The position numbers and the translations under genes are program-made. The notes beneath the pieces were generated by a model. The model saw only the letters and a list, made by a program, of their open reading frames with translations, made no database searches and was not told the origin of the DNA. From contig JALUCS010000126.1 in NCBI GenBank assembly GCA_027050205.1, forward strand, positions 5,004-69,003: a DNA stretch of 64,000 bases, in the 5' to 3' direction. This stretch comes from a candidate division WOR-3 bacterium (GTDB lineage: Bacteria; Hydrothermota; Hydrothermia; LBFQ01). Of this stretch, positions 39,210-48,388 are shown piece by piece (within the stretch, counting starts at the first letter, position 1; each line of letters opens with the position of its first letter).

Positions 39210-39859
39210 TTGGAAAGGCTCTCTTGGACCTTACGCCAGTCCGAAAGGAACTTCTCCAGGCCTATGTCCGTTAAGGGGTGTTTCAGGAGCTTCCAGAGGA
39301 CGGCCGGCGGCACCGTCCCTATGTGGGCGCCCGACTTCGCCGCGGCTATGAAGTGGGCGGGGTGCCTTATGCTCGCGGCTATTATCTGGGTGGGTATATC
39401 GTAGAGGGCAAATATCTTGGCCGTCTCCCTTACCACCTCCACCCCGGAGTAGCCTATGTCGTCTATGCGGCCGATGAAGGGGGAGACGAAGTCGGCTCCC
39501 ACCCGCGCGGCTATGAGGGCCTGGGCGGCCGAGAATATGAGGGTGACGTTCACCCTGATGCCATCCCCCTTGAGGCGACGGACGGCCTTCAACCCCTCCG
39601 GCGTGAAGGGGATCTTCACCACGATGTTGGGGTGGATGGAGGCCAGGTCCTTCCCCTCCTTGTACATCCCGTCGGCGTCCTCGGCCACGACCTCGGCGGA
39701 GACGTGTTCAAGCATCTCCGCCAACTCCCTGTATATCTCGCGCGGATCCCTCCCCGTCTTGGCGACGAGGCTGGGGTTGGTCGTGGCTCCGGAGACAAAA
39801 CCCATCTCGTAAAGCTTCTTTATTTCCTCCACGTCGGCGGAATCCACGAATATCCTCAT
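39206..39859 (-). CDS. tal: Transaldolase / fructose-6-phosphate aldolase
   Basis: FVDSAD, GATTNPSL, VVKIP, NVTLIFS, SPFIGR and AASIR motifs. Confidence 0.92.
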   Translation of the reverse strand: MRIFVDSADVEEIKKLYEMGFVSGATTNPSLVAKTGRDPREIYRELAEMLEHVSAEVVAEDADGMYKEGKDLASIHPNIVVKIPFTPEGLKAVRRLKGDGIRVNVTLIFSAAQALIAARVGADFVSPFIGRIDDIGYSGVEVVRETAKIFALYDIPTQIIAASIRHPAHFIAAAKSGAHIGTVPPAVLWKLLKHPLTDIGLEKFLSDWRKVQESLSK

Positions 39860-39901
39860 ATCAACCGTCTATTGTACGCCCGAAAGCGGCCTAACGGACC
39901 G

Positions 39902-41464
39902 TTAGAACACTACGATGGCCTCCTCCAGACTCCCCGCCTTTACGACGTAGGCTCCCCTCTGAAGTCTCAAGGTGAGGGTTCCACCCTTCGCCACCCTACG
40001 TACTACGAGGCGGCCATCGGCGGAGTAGATGGAGACGGGTAACTCCCTCCCGACGTAGAGCCTTACGAGGCCGCGGCCCACCTGCTCCACCTTAAGGCTG
40101 ACGGGAGGCGTAGGGGCCTCCTCCGCTCCGAGGTCTCCCCCTTCGCCCAAGACGTTGCACCCGGATACGGGGGTGGAGGAGTCAAAGACGTAGAGTCGGC
40201 TACTGGAGTAGTCCCCGCTGGAGACGACCTCCATACAGGAGTCGTTGTCCACGTCGGCTATGGAGAGGCCCTCAAAGTAGTCGGAGTCGTAGGTCCAGGC
40301 CACCGTCCCATCCGGACCCCTAAGGACGGCGAGGTGGGGACTGGAGCCGTACCTCGCCCCGGAGACTATGACCTCTATCACCCCGTCCCCGTCTATGTCG
40401 CCTATCTTGCGGCCGAGGGCCTGGTAGCCGCTCCTCGTTCCACTGTAAGACCACTGGACGCTCCCGTCCGTCCCACGGAGGACGTAGAGGTACCCCGTTG
40501 AGGAGGGCATGCATCCGAAGAGGACGTCCTTGACACCGTCGCCCGTTACGTCGGCTATGGTGGGGGAGTTGAGGGATCCCCAGTAGGAGCCGCACCCGGA
40601 GGTCCAGGACCATATTACGGTGCCGTCATGACGGAGGGCTACGACGTTCCCGTTCCCGGCCACCACCACCACGTCGTAGAATCCGTCCCCGTCCACGTCG
40701 GCTACGGCGGGGTTCCCTTGGGTACCTACGGAGTACGTCCATACGGTTGAGCCATCGTTGGCGTTAAGGACGTAGAGGGTGTTGCTCGCTACGGTTATGA
40801 CCTCGTCGTGGCTGTCTCCGTCCAGATCCGCAACGGCGACGTTGGCGTAGCTGGAGGAGCCGGAGTGGGACCAGAGGGTGGCGCCGTCGCTACCCCGAAG
40901 GGCGTAGATGCTGCTGCCTACGACGAAGACCTCCCCCACACCGTCCCCGTTGACGTCCTGTATGGTAGCAGGGGAGTAGCTGACGCCAAGGGACCTGCTC
41001 CAGAGGACGGCCCCGTCCGTACCCCGGAGGGCGTAAACCGTCCCGCCGTTGGAGACCACCACCTCAAGCCCCGGAGAGGAGGGGTCCAGCTCGCCCAGGG
41101 CGGGGGTCCCCCAGCCGGTGGAGGAGCCGAGGTACCTCGTCCAAAGGAGGGTACAGTCCGTCCCCCGGAAGACCATCACCCGGCTGGAGCTGTAGGTGAG
41201 GACGACGATCTCGTTGATGCCATCGTCGTTGATGTCGGCGACGGCGGGGTCACCCTCGCTGCCGGTGTTGAGGGTGGCGGAGCATTTCAGGTGGGGACCC
41301 GTCACCGCCCCCGTTAGCCGTTGGATACCCGCGAGGGAAGAGGAACCGTGGTGCATCATCCAAGTGCTGACGGCCGAAGATACCGGAGGTACCTGGGCCT
41401 CAAGGGAGACCGCACTCCCAGCAATGAAACTTCCAAGTATCGCATACAAAAACCTTCTCATCAA
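39902..41464 (-). CDS. Secreted FG-GAP/PQQ-like beta-propeller protein with T9SS-like C-terminal domain
   Basis: Repeated AD-x-x-GDG...ALRG-x-DG-x-x-x-W units; C-terminal IYSADGRLV...GAYVV. Confidence 0.8.
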   Translation of the reverse strand: MMRRFLYAILGSFIAGSAVSLEAQVPPVSSAVSTWMMHHGSSSLAGIQRLTGAVTGPHLKCSATLNTGSEGDPAVADINDDGINEIVVLTYSSSRVMVFRGTDCTLLWTRYLGSSTGWGTPALGELDPSSPGLEVVVSNGGTVYALRGTDGAVLWSRSLGVSYSPATIQDVNGDGVGEVFVVGSSIYALRGSDGATLWSHSGSSSYANVAVADLDGDSHDEVITVASNTLYVLNANDGSTVWTYSVGTQGNPAVADVDGDGFYDVVVVAGNGNVVALRHDGTVIWSWTSGCGSYWGSLNSPTIADVTGDGVKDVLFGCMPSSTGYLYVLRGTDGSVQWSYSGTRSGYQALGRKIGDIDGDGVIEVIVSGARYGSSPHLAVLRGPDGTVAWTYDSDYFEGLSIADVDNDSCMEVVSSGDYSSSRLYVFDSSTPVSGCNVLGEGGDLGAEEAPTPPVSLKVEQVGRGLVRLYVGRELPVSIYSADGRLVVRRVAKGGTLTLRLQRGAYVVKAGSLEEAIVVF

Positions 41465-41492
41465 CGGAGATTGTAAGGCCGATACTGTCCCT

Positions 41493-42353
41493 TTACTCGT
41501 ACTTGTAGAAGCCTTCCCCCGTCTTCCTACCGAGTTTGCCGGCCTCCACCATCTTGACGAGGAGCGGGCAGGGACGGTACTTGGGGTCCTTGAAGTCGTT
41601 GTAGAGGACGAGGAGGATGTTTAGGACGACGTCCAGACCTATGAAGTCGGCCAGGGTGAGGGGACCCATAGGGTGGTTCATCCCGAGCTTCATTACGGTG
41701 TCTATAGCCTCCTTGGTGGCCACCCCCTCGTACAGGGCGCATATGGCCTCGTTTATCATAGGCATCAGGACCCTGTTGGAGACGAAGCCGGGGTAGTCCT
41801 TCACCTCTACGGGGGTCTTACCGAGCTTCTTCGCCAGCTCTATCACGAGGTTGGCCGTTTCGTCGCTCGTGGAGTAGCCCCTCACCACCTCTACCAACTT
41901 CATGACGGGGACGGGGTTGAAGAAGTGCATACCGGCAAAGAGCTCCGGCCTACCGGAGTAGGAGGCGAGGCGGGTGATGGATATGGAGGAGGTGTTGGAG
42001 GTCAGGACCACCTCCGGGCGGGTTATCTCACCGAGCCTGTTGAAGATGTCCCTCTTGACGTTCTCGTCCTCAAACACGGCCTCAACCACGAAGTCCACAT
42101 CCGCGAAGTCCTCAAGGTTGGTCGTGGTGGTTATGCGGGAGAGGACCTTGGGGATGTCCTCCTCGGAGATTATGCCCTTCTTGGCCTGGCGGCCGAGGTT
42201 CTTCTCTATGGTCTTGAGCGCCCTCTCCAGGTAGCCCTCGGAGACGTCGGCGAGTTTGACGTTGTACCCGGCGAGGGCGAAGACGTGGGCGATGCCGTTC
42301 CCCATCGTACCGGCACCTACGACACCTACGGTCTTGATATCCTCTAACCTCAT
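41493..42353 (-). CDS. hbd: 3-hydroxybutyryl-CoA dehydrogenase
   Basis: [29 protein letters not shown] and [13 protein letters not shown] motifs. Confidence 0.93.
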   Translation of the reverse strand: MRLEDIKTVGVVGAGTMGNGIAHVFALAGYNVKLADVSEGYLERALKTIEKNLGRQAKKGIISEEDIPKVLSRITTTTNLEDFADVDFVVEAVFEDENVKRDIFNRLGEITRPEVVLTSNTSSISITRLASYSGRPELFAGMHFFNPVPVMKLVEVVRGYSTSDETANLVIELAKKLGKTPVEVKDYPGFVSNRVLMPMINEAICALYEGVATKEAIDTVMKLGMNHPMGPLTLADFIGLDVVLNILLVLYNDFKDPKYRPCPLLVKMVEAGKLGRKTGEGFYKYE

Positions 42354-42378
42354 AGGAAGGGGATTCTACGGTCGCACC

Positions 42379-42894
42379 CTACCTACCGAACCTGTCCCTA
42401 AGGTAAAGTATCACCGCCCACCTGTCCTTTTCGGATAGGATGTCCTTGTAGGCGGGCATAGCGCTCCCTATGGGCTTCCCGCCCTCCGAAATCGTCCAGA
42501 AGAGGTACTCGTCCGTGGCTATGTGCCGCTTCATAACGAAGGAGAGGTCGGAGGGTTTGGGGTCCAACCCCTTGGCCGCCGGTCCGTCCCCCTTCCCGTT
42601 CTCCCCGTGGCAGGCTTTACACTGCTGGGTGTATATCTCCTCGCCCCTCTTGAGAAGCTCCGGGGAGGGTTCGTAGGGGTTGGTCTTGCCGGAATACTCC
42701 GCCGGGAGGCCGCCGTGCATGTACAACCTGTGCCGTTTGACGCTGACCTTGGCCATATGCCCCATCATTCGGCCCCTTCCCATTCCCATCATCCCCATCG
42801 CATGGGAAGGGTGGCTTCCCCCCCTACCGCAAGCCCAAAAACCCGTAGCGATGAGCAGGAGCGTTCCACCTTTGAGGATGTCCTTAACGAGCAT
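42379..42894 (-). CDS. Monoheme c-type cytochrome, probable lipoprotein
   Basis: CKACH and SAMP motifs; FWAC lipobox-like site; His/Met-rich linker. Start moved to ATG 42894 because the ORF-track extension runs through the tRNA. Confidence 0.85.
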   Translation of the reverse strand: MLVKDILKGGTLLLIATGFWACGRGGSHPSHAMGMMGMGRGRMMGHMAKVSVKRHRLYMHGGLPAEYSGKTNPYEPSPELLKRGEEIYTQQCKACHGENGKGDGPAAKGLDPKPSDLSFVMKRHIATDEYLFWTISEGGKPIGSAMPAYKDILSEKDRWAVILYLRDRFGR

Positions 42895-42925
42895 CTTTCT
42901 ATTGTACAGGAGAGGAGGGAAAAAG

Positions 42926-42998
42926 TGGAGCGGAGGGGAGTCGAACCCCCGACCCCCTGGTTGCAAACCAGGTGCTCTCCCACCTGAGCTACCGCCCC
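42926..42998 (-). tRNA. tRNA-Ala(UGC)
   Basis: GGGGCGGTAGCTCAGGTGGGAGAGCACCTGGTTTGCAACCAGGGGGTCGGGGGTTCGACTCCCCTCCGCTCCA; G3:U70 pair; full CCA not encoded. Confidence 0.96.
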
Positions 42999-43022
42999 AA
43001 ACGCCCGGAAATTCTAAGGCGG

Positions 43023-43790
43023 TCAACGGGAGTAGTTCAGCCCTATGTAGGTGCTTAGGGGTAGCTCCGGATGTACGGTCGCGAGTACGTCGGAGGAGAT
43101 GCTGGCCGTCTGGAGGGTGAAGCCGAGGTAGAAGGTGGGGAACTCCCCGTCGTACCGCATGCTTCCGCGGAGGGTCAAGAGGTCGTAGAGCCTCCAGCTA
43201 CCGCCGAGACCGAAGTTTATGCCGGAGTACTGGTCCTTGTAGAGACCCACGGAGGTGCGGATGGTGGCCTTGGGGAGGAAGGAGATGTAGCCACCGAGGA
43301 GGGTCGGCAGGGGTGTGCCGCCTATGTCGGGGGCGTTCACGTTGCGGGCGAAGAGGCCAACGTTCCAGCGGTCGTAGACGGTGAAGGAGGAGGAGAGGTG
43401 GAGACCGAAGGCCTGAAGCCTCGGTACGTCTGGGCGAGGGGTGTTGAGTTGGTAGTAGGAGAAGGAACCTCCAAGGCGGAATCCGGGAAAGACGTTGTGG
43501 GCGTAGCCGAGGGTGGCAGCTATCTCGCTCGCCGTCCCCTTGTACTCGTCCTCAAGGCGGGCGAACCGTCCCTCAAGGGATAGGGCGAGGCCTTTGAAGC
43601 CAACGCCGACGTAGGCGTCGTTGAATATGGCGAAGGACTGGCTGTAGGCGGCGGAGACGGAGAGCCTTTCGGGGTTGGAGGCGGGGTCAAAGGACACCCT
43701 CAAGGGGGTGGCCTCCGGCATCATCCACAGACCGGCGAGGTGGGGGCCCCCGGCGACGAGGACCCCCGTTATGGCGTTAAAGAGCATCAA
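43023..43790 (-). CDS. Outer-membrane beta-barrel, PorV/PorQ-like
   Basis: DPA near the N-terminus, alternating beta strands, VGLFARNVN and HPELPLSTYIGLNY. Confidence 0.55.
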   Translation of the reverse strand: MMLFNAITGVLVAGGPHLAGLWMMPEATPLRVSFDPASNPERLSVSAAYSQSFAIFNDAYVGVGFKGLALSLEGRFARLEDEYKGTASEIAATLGYAHNVFPGFRLGGSFSYYQLNTPRPDVPRLQAFGLHLSSSFTVYDRWNVGLFARNVNAPDIGGTPLPTLLGGYISFLPKATIRTSVGLYKDQYSGINFGLGGSWRLYDLLTLRGSMRYDGEFPTFYLGFTLQTASISSDVLATVHPELPLSTYIGLNYSR

Positions 43791-44926
43791 TCGTGTTCCT
43801 CCTCGGGGTTATGCTCAATCTCGTACTCGCCCTCCTCTAGGCCCTTCTTGTGGCGGAGCTTCTTGAGGATCTTGGGGAGGTTGGTGTACTCCATGCTCTC
43901 CTCGGGGAGCCTGTGAGGCTCAAAGATGCCGTGCCTCCTCATTATGTTCGCGAGGTGGTTGGCCTCCTCACGGGCGTAGTCAAAGGCGGGGTCGTCAAAG
44001 AGGTCCCTGGGGCCTACGAGCTTGCCGTTGGCCAGCTGGAAGCCGGCGGCTATCACCCTCGGAGGGCCGTCAAACCGGGAGGGGTTGGCGTGGCTGAAGG
44101 GTACGGGCATAAGCGGCCCCATATGGCTACCCCTCATCCATCCCTCAACGAAGAAGGGACGGGCGAAAGGCTCTAGGATCTCACCGACGGCGGGGAAGCC
44201 GCTCTGCGCCCTCACTACTAAGACGGGGTCGTCCTTACCGACGTACTTGCCGGCTATGAGGGAGAGCTTCTGCGTAGAGGCCACGGCGGCTATCTCACCG
44301 TCCTTGCGGCGATAGACGGCCTTGACGGTGTACCTCTCTATGCCGCTGATGAGGGCGAGGAGGTCGTAGGTCTCCTCCGGGCAGTCTACGGCGTACTCCT
44401 CACCGGTCTTTACGTCAAGGACTATGAAGCGGAACCCCTCGTGCATTGAGGGGTCTATCACCAGGCCGGCCGTGTTCTGGGGGTTGGCAAACATCTCGTA
44501 GAGGGGGAGGTTCCAGGCGGAGGGGGAGGTCTTGTCGGCCATGAAGACTATAACAGGCTCGGAGGGCCTCTCCACGAACTCCATCTCCGCCACGCCGGGA
44601 CCCATACCCTTCACGTTCCCGCTGAAGGCGTCCGAGAGGAGGTCCTGACCGGCGCCGTAGAGCTTGAGCTCCTTCGCCTTCTCCGTAGCCTTCAAAAAGG
44701 CCTCCCAGGCCAGACGGTGGATGTCCTCGTTATCCACACCCTTGGTGTGGGTCATTATGAGGTTGATGTCGTCCCCTACCCTAAGGACGGCGTAGTCTAT
44801 GAGGAGACCGGAGGTCTTCGCCTCCTCAAGTACCTGGGATGCGGCGTCCATGAGGGCGGGATGGGTGCTGGAGTGTCCAACGTACCCACCGACGTCGGCC
44901 TTTATTACCGAAAGGGTCACCTTCAT
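43787..44926 (-). CDS. fbp: Fructose-1,6-bisphosphate aldolase/phosphatase (class V)
   Basis: SVIKADVGG, VGDD, LYGAGQDLL, YVGKDDP, GWMRGSH and RFDGPPRV motifs. Start moved to ATG 44926. Confidence 0.95.
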   Translation of the reverse strand: MKVTLSVIKADVGGYVGHSSTHPALMDAASQVLEEAKTSGLLIDYAVLRVGDDINLIMTHTKGVDNEDIHRLAWEAFLKATEKAKELKLYGAGQDLLSDAFSGNVKGMGPGVAEMEFVERPSEPVIVFMADKTSPSAWNLPLYEMFANPQNTAGLVIDPSMHEGFRFIVLDVKTGEEYAVDCPEETYDLLALISGIERYTVKAVYRRKDGEIAAVASTQKLSLIAGKYVGKDDPVLVVRAQSGFPAVGEILEPFARPFFVEGWMRGSHMGPLMPVPFSHANPSRFDGPPRVIAAGFQLANGKLVGPRDLFDDPAFDYAREEANHLANIMRRHGIFEPHRLPEESMEYTNLPKILKKLRHKKGLEEGEYEIEHNPEEEHD

Positions 44927-44996
44927 AGGACGGTATTTTAAAGGGGTAATCGCCCCCTTCCCGGAGTTGGACGGCTTCGGGCGTATAATATCGGAA

Positions 44997-45596
44997 ATGT
45001 TCCCCAAGAGGGTTATCTCGCTCTCTATCCTGATAGTGATAGGCGTCTCGCCGCTGTGGGGACGAGGTAGGAGCCTGTGGATGGAGGTCGGAGGGGGGCC
45101 TTGGCTCCCTATGTTCGGCACCTTCAAGAGCGACCACGACCCCGGCCTCCAGGGGCGCATCCGCATCGGGTACGACGGCCGCTTCACCGTACCCCAAGCC
45201 CTCCAAACTTGGTTTCCTCCCCTCGCCCTGTTCAAGGACGCCTATCCCTTCGCCGAGGTCTATCACTCCTTCAACAGGTTGAAGACGGGGACCTCCGGAA
45301 ACCTCCTGTTCTTCGGGGCCGGAGGTAGGGTCCTAAAGAACGCTGGGAGCTTCGGGTACGGCGGACAGATGTCCCTCGGTTTCCTCTACCTTTACTCCTC
45401 CAAGAGCTACCAACCCGCCGGTATCCTCGGTATTTACGGGAGGTGGGACCTGCGAAGTTTCTACCTCTACGCCGAATACTCCCTGGAGACGTCCGTTGAC
45501 CTGAGGTCCTCCTACTCCGTAGATACCTCCCTCTCCTTCCTCCAGAGGACGGCCGGGTGGCACGAGGCGGGGGTGGGGATAGGGATGAGGTGGTAG
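44997..45596 (+). CDS. Putative outer-membrane beta-barrel protein
   Basis: ATG 44997 follows TATAAT; signal-like N-terminus; amphipathic strands; terminal Trp. Confidence 0.55.
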   Translation: MFPKRVISLSILIVIGVSPLWGRGRSLWMEVGGGPWLPMFGTFKSDHDPGLQGRIRIGYDGRFTVPQALQTWFPPLALFKDAYPFAEVYHSFNRLKTGTSGNLLFFGAGGRVLKNAGSFGYGGQMSLGFLYLYSSKSYQPAGILGIYGRWDLRSFYLYAEYSLETSVDLRSSYSVDTSLSFLQRTAGWHEAGVGIGMRW

Positions 45597-45599
45597 CCC

Positions 45600-47612
45600 T
45601 CAAAGGTTCCCGTAGGCCGCCTTCAGAATCTCCAACAGGAGCCTCCCCTTCCCCTCCCTTAAGGCGCGGTCTATGACCTCCTCACCCTTCAAGGCAGAGA
45701 GGAGCATGACCTCAAACGGAATCTCCCTCTCCTCATCGTCCTCCTCCTCTACCGCCATCTCCTCCAGGAGGCCGAGTTCTTCAAGGATGCCCTCCGGGCC
45801 CACGTTCTCCTCCGAAAGGCGGTCCAGGGCGTACGCCCATCCCCGTATCGCCCCCGTCATCAGTAGGTTGTATAAGTATTCCGAAAAGGACCACAGGGGC
45901 CTGATCACCTTCTCCCCCTTCCTCCATATCACCATCGGGTAGGTCTCATCGTCCACGTCCAACCGCACGAGGGCGACCTCGTCCTCAAAGGGGGAGTCAA
46001 AAACCCTCATCTTCCGATAACCTCTGGGTTTCCTCCCGAAGTCGGGGACGTCCCCCTCCTCTCCCACCAGGGCCTCAACGGGCAGTATCCGGGAGGACCC
46101 CACCCTGCCTATCCCCTCTATCCCATAGGAGAAGGTCAGGCCGTTGCACACCCTGTAGAAGTCCATCAGGTAGTCCGGGAGACTTACACCGAACCTCTCC
46201 TCCGCCTCCCTCGCCATCTCCCTCAACCTGTCCTCGGAAACGGGAGGGTTCACCTCAAGCCTTACGTCTATCCCGTCGGATACGTCCTTCAGCCTCCGGG
46301 CGAGGTCCTTGAGCCTTACGAGGAAGCCCAGGGCGTAGTCGCCGTAGTAGTGAAAGACGGCACCCTTCGTTATGAAGTTGCGTCTGGTTGCGAGGATGAC
46401 GTCGCTCCTTTTCATAAACTGCGCCCCGGTGAAGTCGGCATCTCCCTTGAAGCGGGTTTCCTCTATCTCAAGGTGTCCCTTAAAAATGGCTCCTCTGAAG
46501 GACACGTGGGAGAGGAACTTGCTGTATCTCAGAGCCGCCCACTCCCCTTCGCACACGCACCCGTCAAACGTCGCCAACCCCTTGAAGGTGGAGTTGCTTA
46601 TCTCCAGATTCCTTATACGGGAGCCGGACAGGTCAAAGATGCCGCCAACCTTGAGCCTGAAGAGGTGCAGGTGGTGGGAGAAGTGCGCCCCACGGATGAG
46701 TACGTCCGAGCCGAAGGTGGCCTCATCAAAGCCGGAGTACAACCGTATGGACGCCCCGTCAAGGCGGAAGGGTCCCCGGAAGGAGGCTTCGTCCATGTTG
46801 AGGTTGGTTCTTACGTCTATACCGGATAGGTCCGCTTCGGCCCGGAACTCGGCTTCGGTGAAATCGCCCACATTAAAGGTGGCACGGACGAAGTCCGCCC
46901 TACCCAAGAACTTCGTCCCCATAAAGAGACCCCTCTCTTTAAAGACGCTCTCCCGGAAGGAGACCCCTCCCTCAAAGACGACCTGCGAGAAGTCCGCCCT
47001 CGTGAGGAAGCGGGTACGCCTGAAGGAGGCGAAACCGGAGAAGGTACTCTCCTCAAAGTAGGCGAGGTCGTGGAACACCACGTCGTCAAATATCGCCCTG
47101 CCCAGAAACTTGACCTGCGAAGTGTGGAGCCACGTCCGGAAGGTAGCCCCCTCAAAGATAACGCTCCCGTTGAAGACCGTCTCCTCCCCCTCCTCCCAGA
47201 ATGGGATACCCGTACTGCTCTTGGGGAAGTCAAAGCCGGAGAAATCGTATGCCCTACCGAGGAGTATCCCCCACCGTTCCTCGTACCTGTTCGCCCAGAA
47301 GGGGAGGTTGAGGTACTCCCTAAGTGGTCTCCAGAACTCCCTGTCGCTGAACTCCTTGTCCCATATATCGGCCTCCTTGGACGTGTGGAAGACGCACTTG
47401 CCCCTCTCCGAGGGCGGTATGGCTTCCAGCTCCTCCCTCCCAGCCCACGCGAAGCCGATGGCGTCCCTAAGGCACCCCATGACGGAGCAGATGGACGAGT
47501 CAAGGCCGTAGTCCCTGGCGACTTCCCACGCCTCCGGGTTCTCCCGTACGTTCCTGGCGTGGTGGTCGTACCGGTACTTCCTCCAGGTCCTCTCGTTGAA
47601 GATCAGTCGCAT
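45600..47612 (-). CDS. Pentapeptide-repeat protein fused to an SMI1/KNR4 (SUKH) domain
   Basis: CVFH followed by many A-x-F-x-x-A-x-F repeats; C-terminal NPPVSE...GVSLPDYLMDFYRVCNG...SFSEYL. Confidence 0.75.
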   Translation of the reverse strand: MRLIFNERTWRKYRYDHHARNVRENPEAWEVARDYGLDSSICSVMGCLRDAIGFAWAGREELEAIPPSERGKCVFHTSKEADIWDKEFSDREFWRPLREYLNLPFWANRYEERWGILLGRAYDFSGFDFPKSSTGIPFWEEGEETVFNGSVIFEGATFRTWLHTSQVKFLGRAIFDDVVFHDLAYFEESTFSGFASFRRTRFLTRADFSQVVFEGGVSFRESVFKERGLFMGTKFLGRADFVRATFNVGDFTEAEFRAEADLSGIDVRTNLNMDEASFRGPFRLDGASIRLYSGFDEATFGSDVLIRGAHFSHHLHLFRLKVGGIFDLSGSRIRNLEISNSTFKGLATFDGCVCEGEWAALRYSKFLSHVSFRGAIFKGHLEIEETRFKGDADFTGAQFMKRSDVILATRRNFITKGAVFHYYGDYALGFLVRLKDLARRLKDVSDGIDVRLEVNPPVSEDRLREMAREAEERFGVSLPDYLMDFYRVCNGLTFSYGIEGIGRVGSSRILPVEALVGEEGDVPDFGRKPRGYRKMRVFDSPFEDEVALVRLDVDDETYPMVIWRKGEKVIRPLWSFSEYLYNLLMTGAIRGWAYALDRLSEENVGPEGILEELGLLEEMAVEEEDDEEREIPFEVMLLSALKGEEVIDRALREGKGRLLLEILKAAYGNL

Positions 47613-47659
47613 AGTGGGATTGTAAGGGGGCTTCGGAGCGAAGCGAGAATGCGGACCCT

Positions 47660-47683
47660 ATTGCTCCGCTATAATAGAGCAAT
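47660..47683. repeat. Copy of the dif-associated palindrome
   Basis: ATTGCTC-CGCTATAATA-GAGCAAT; a degenerate second copy at 47691-47714. Confidence 0.8.
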
Positions 47684-47878
47684 TTTTAATTTTAATCCGT
47701 ATTACCGAAATAATACCAAAATTCGTACAGAGCCACATAAGGGGTTGGAATCCATTCCGGCAGAAGACTCGGATGCTCCCTATGGCCTTTATTCTGCACC
47801 AATGACTCCTCCGTTGCACTTCCCTTTGCAACCGGTGGAGGTTTTCAACTTTACCCCCCATAAAATACCCACGATGGG

Positions 47879-48388
47879 ATGAGGTGGCTTCCTATCCTCC
47901 TTCTCCTATCCTCCTGCTCGTTTGCTGTAAGGGGGGATATAGACGGCTCAACCCTCACCTCCCCCGAAGTCATCGGTACCGTCGTCCTCGGTTTTGAGGC
48001 CCCCGGAGGGCATGGGGACGTATCCATCGGCGGGAACCTCTTCAAGGAGCCGCCAAGGGGGTTGAGGGGGACGACGGATGGCCTCCTTTACCTCACCTAC
48101 CAGCTCATGCCCTACTCCAAAAGGCTCAAGAGGAGCAACCTTCCCCTATTCTCCCCCGGTTTCTCCGTCGGCTACGCCCACAGGTTGGACACAGGCCACA
48201 ACCTCCTCCTCTCCGGCAACCTTGAGCTTAACTTCCTAAGGTACTACGGCCGGGAGGCCTACGACTTCGGCCTACTTTTCCTAACCGTCAGGTATCAAAC
48301 CTTCTTCCCGACGTCCGGTAGGGACATCCGCACGGGTGTGAGCTTTGGGTTCGGCTTCAGGGGGGCGTGGTGGTCCGCTCCGTGGTGA
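47879..48388 (+). CDS. Hypothetical lipoprotein or small beta-barrel
   Basis: MRWLPILLLLSSC lipobox-like start; beta-rich. Confidence 0.55.
   Translation: MRWLPILLLLSSCSFAVRGDIDGSTLTSPEVIGTVVLGFEAPGGHGDVSIGGNLFKEPPRGLRGTTDGLLYLTYQLMPYSKRLKRSNLPLFSPGFSVGYAHRLDTGHNLLLSGNLELNFLRYYGREAYDFGLLFLTVRYQTFFPTSGRDIRTGVSFGFGFRGAWWSAPW

Noticed and set aside
42926-42998. tRNA-Ala as an island attachment site
   Set aside because: No duplicated tRNA 3' end or integrase was noticed in the window.
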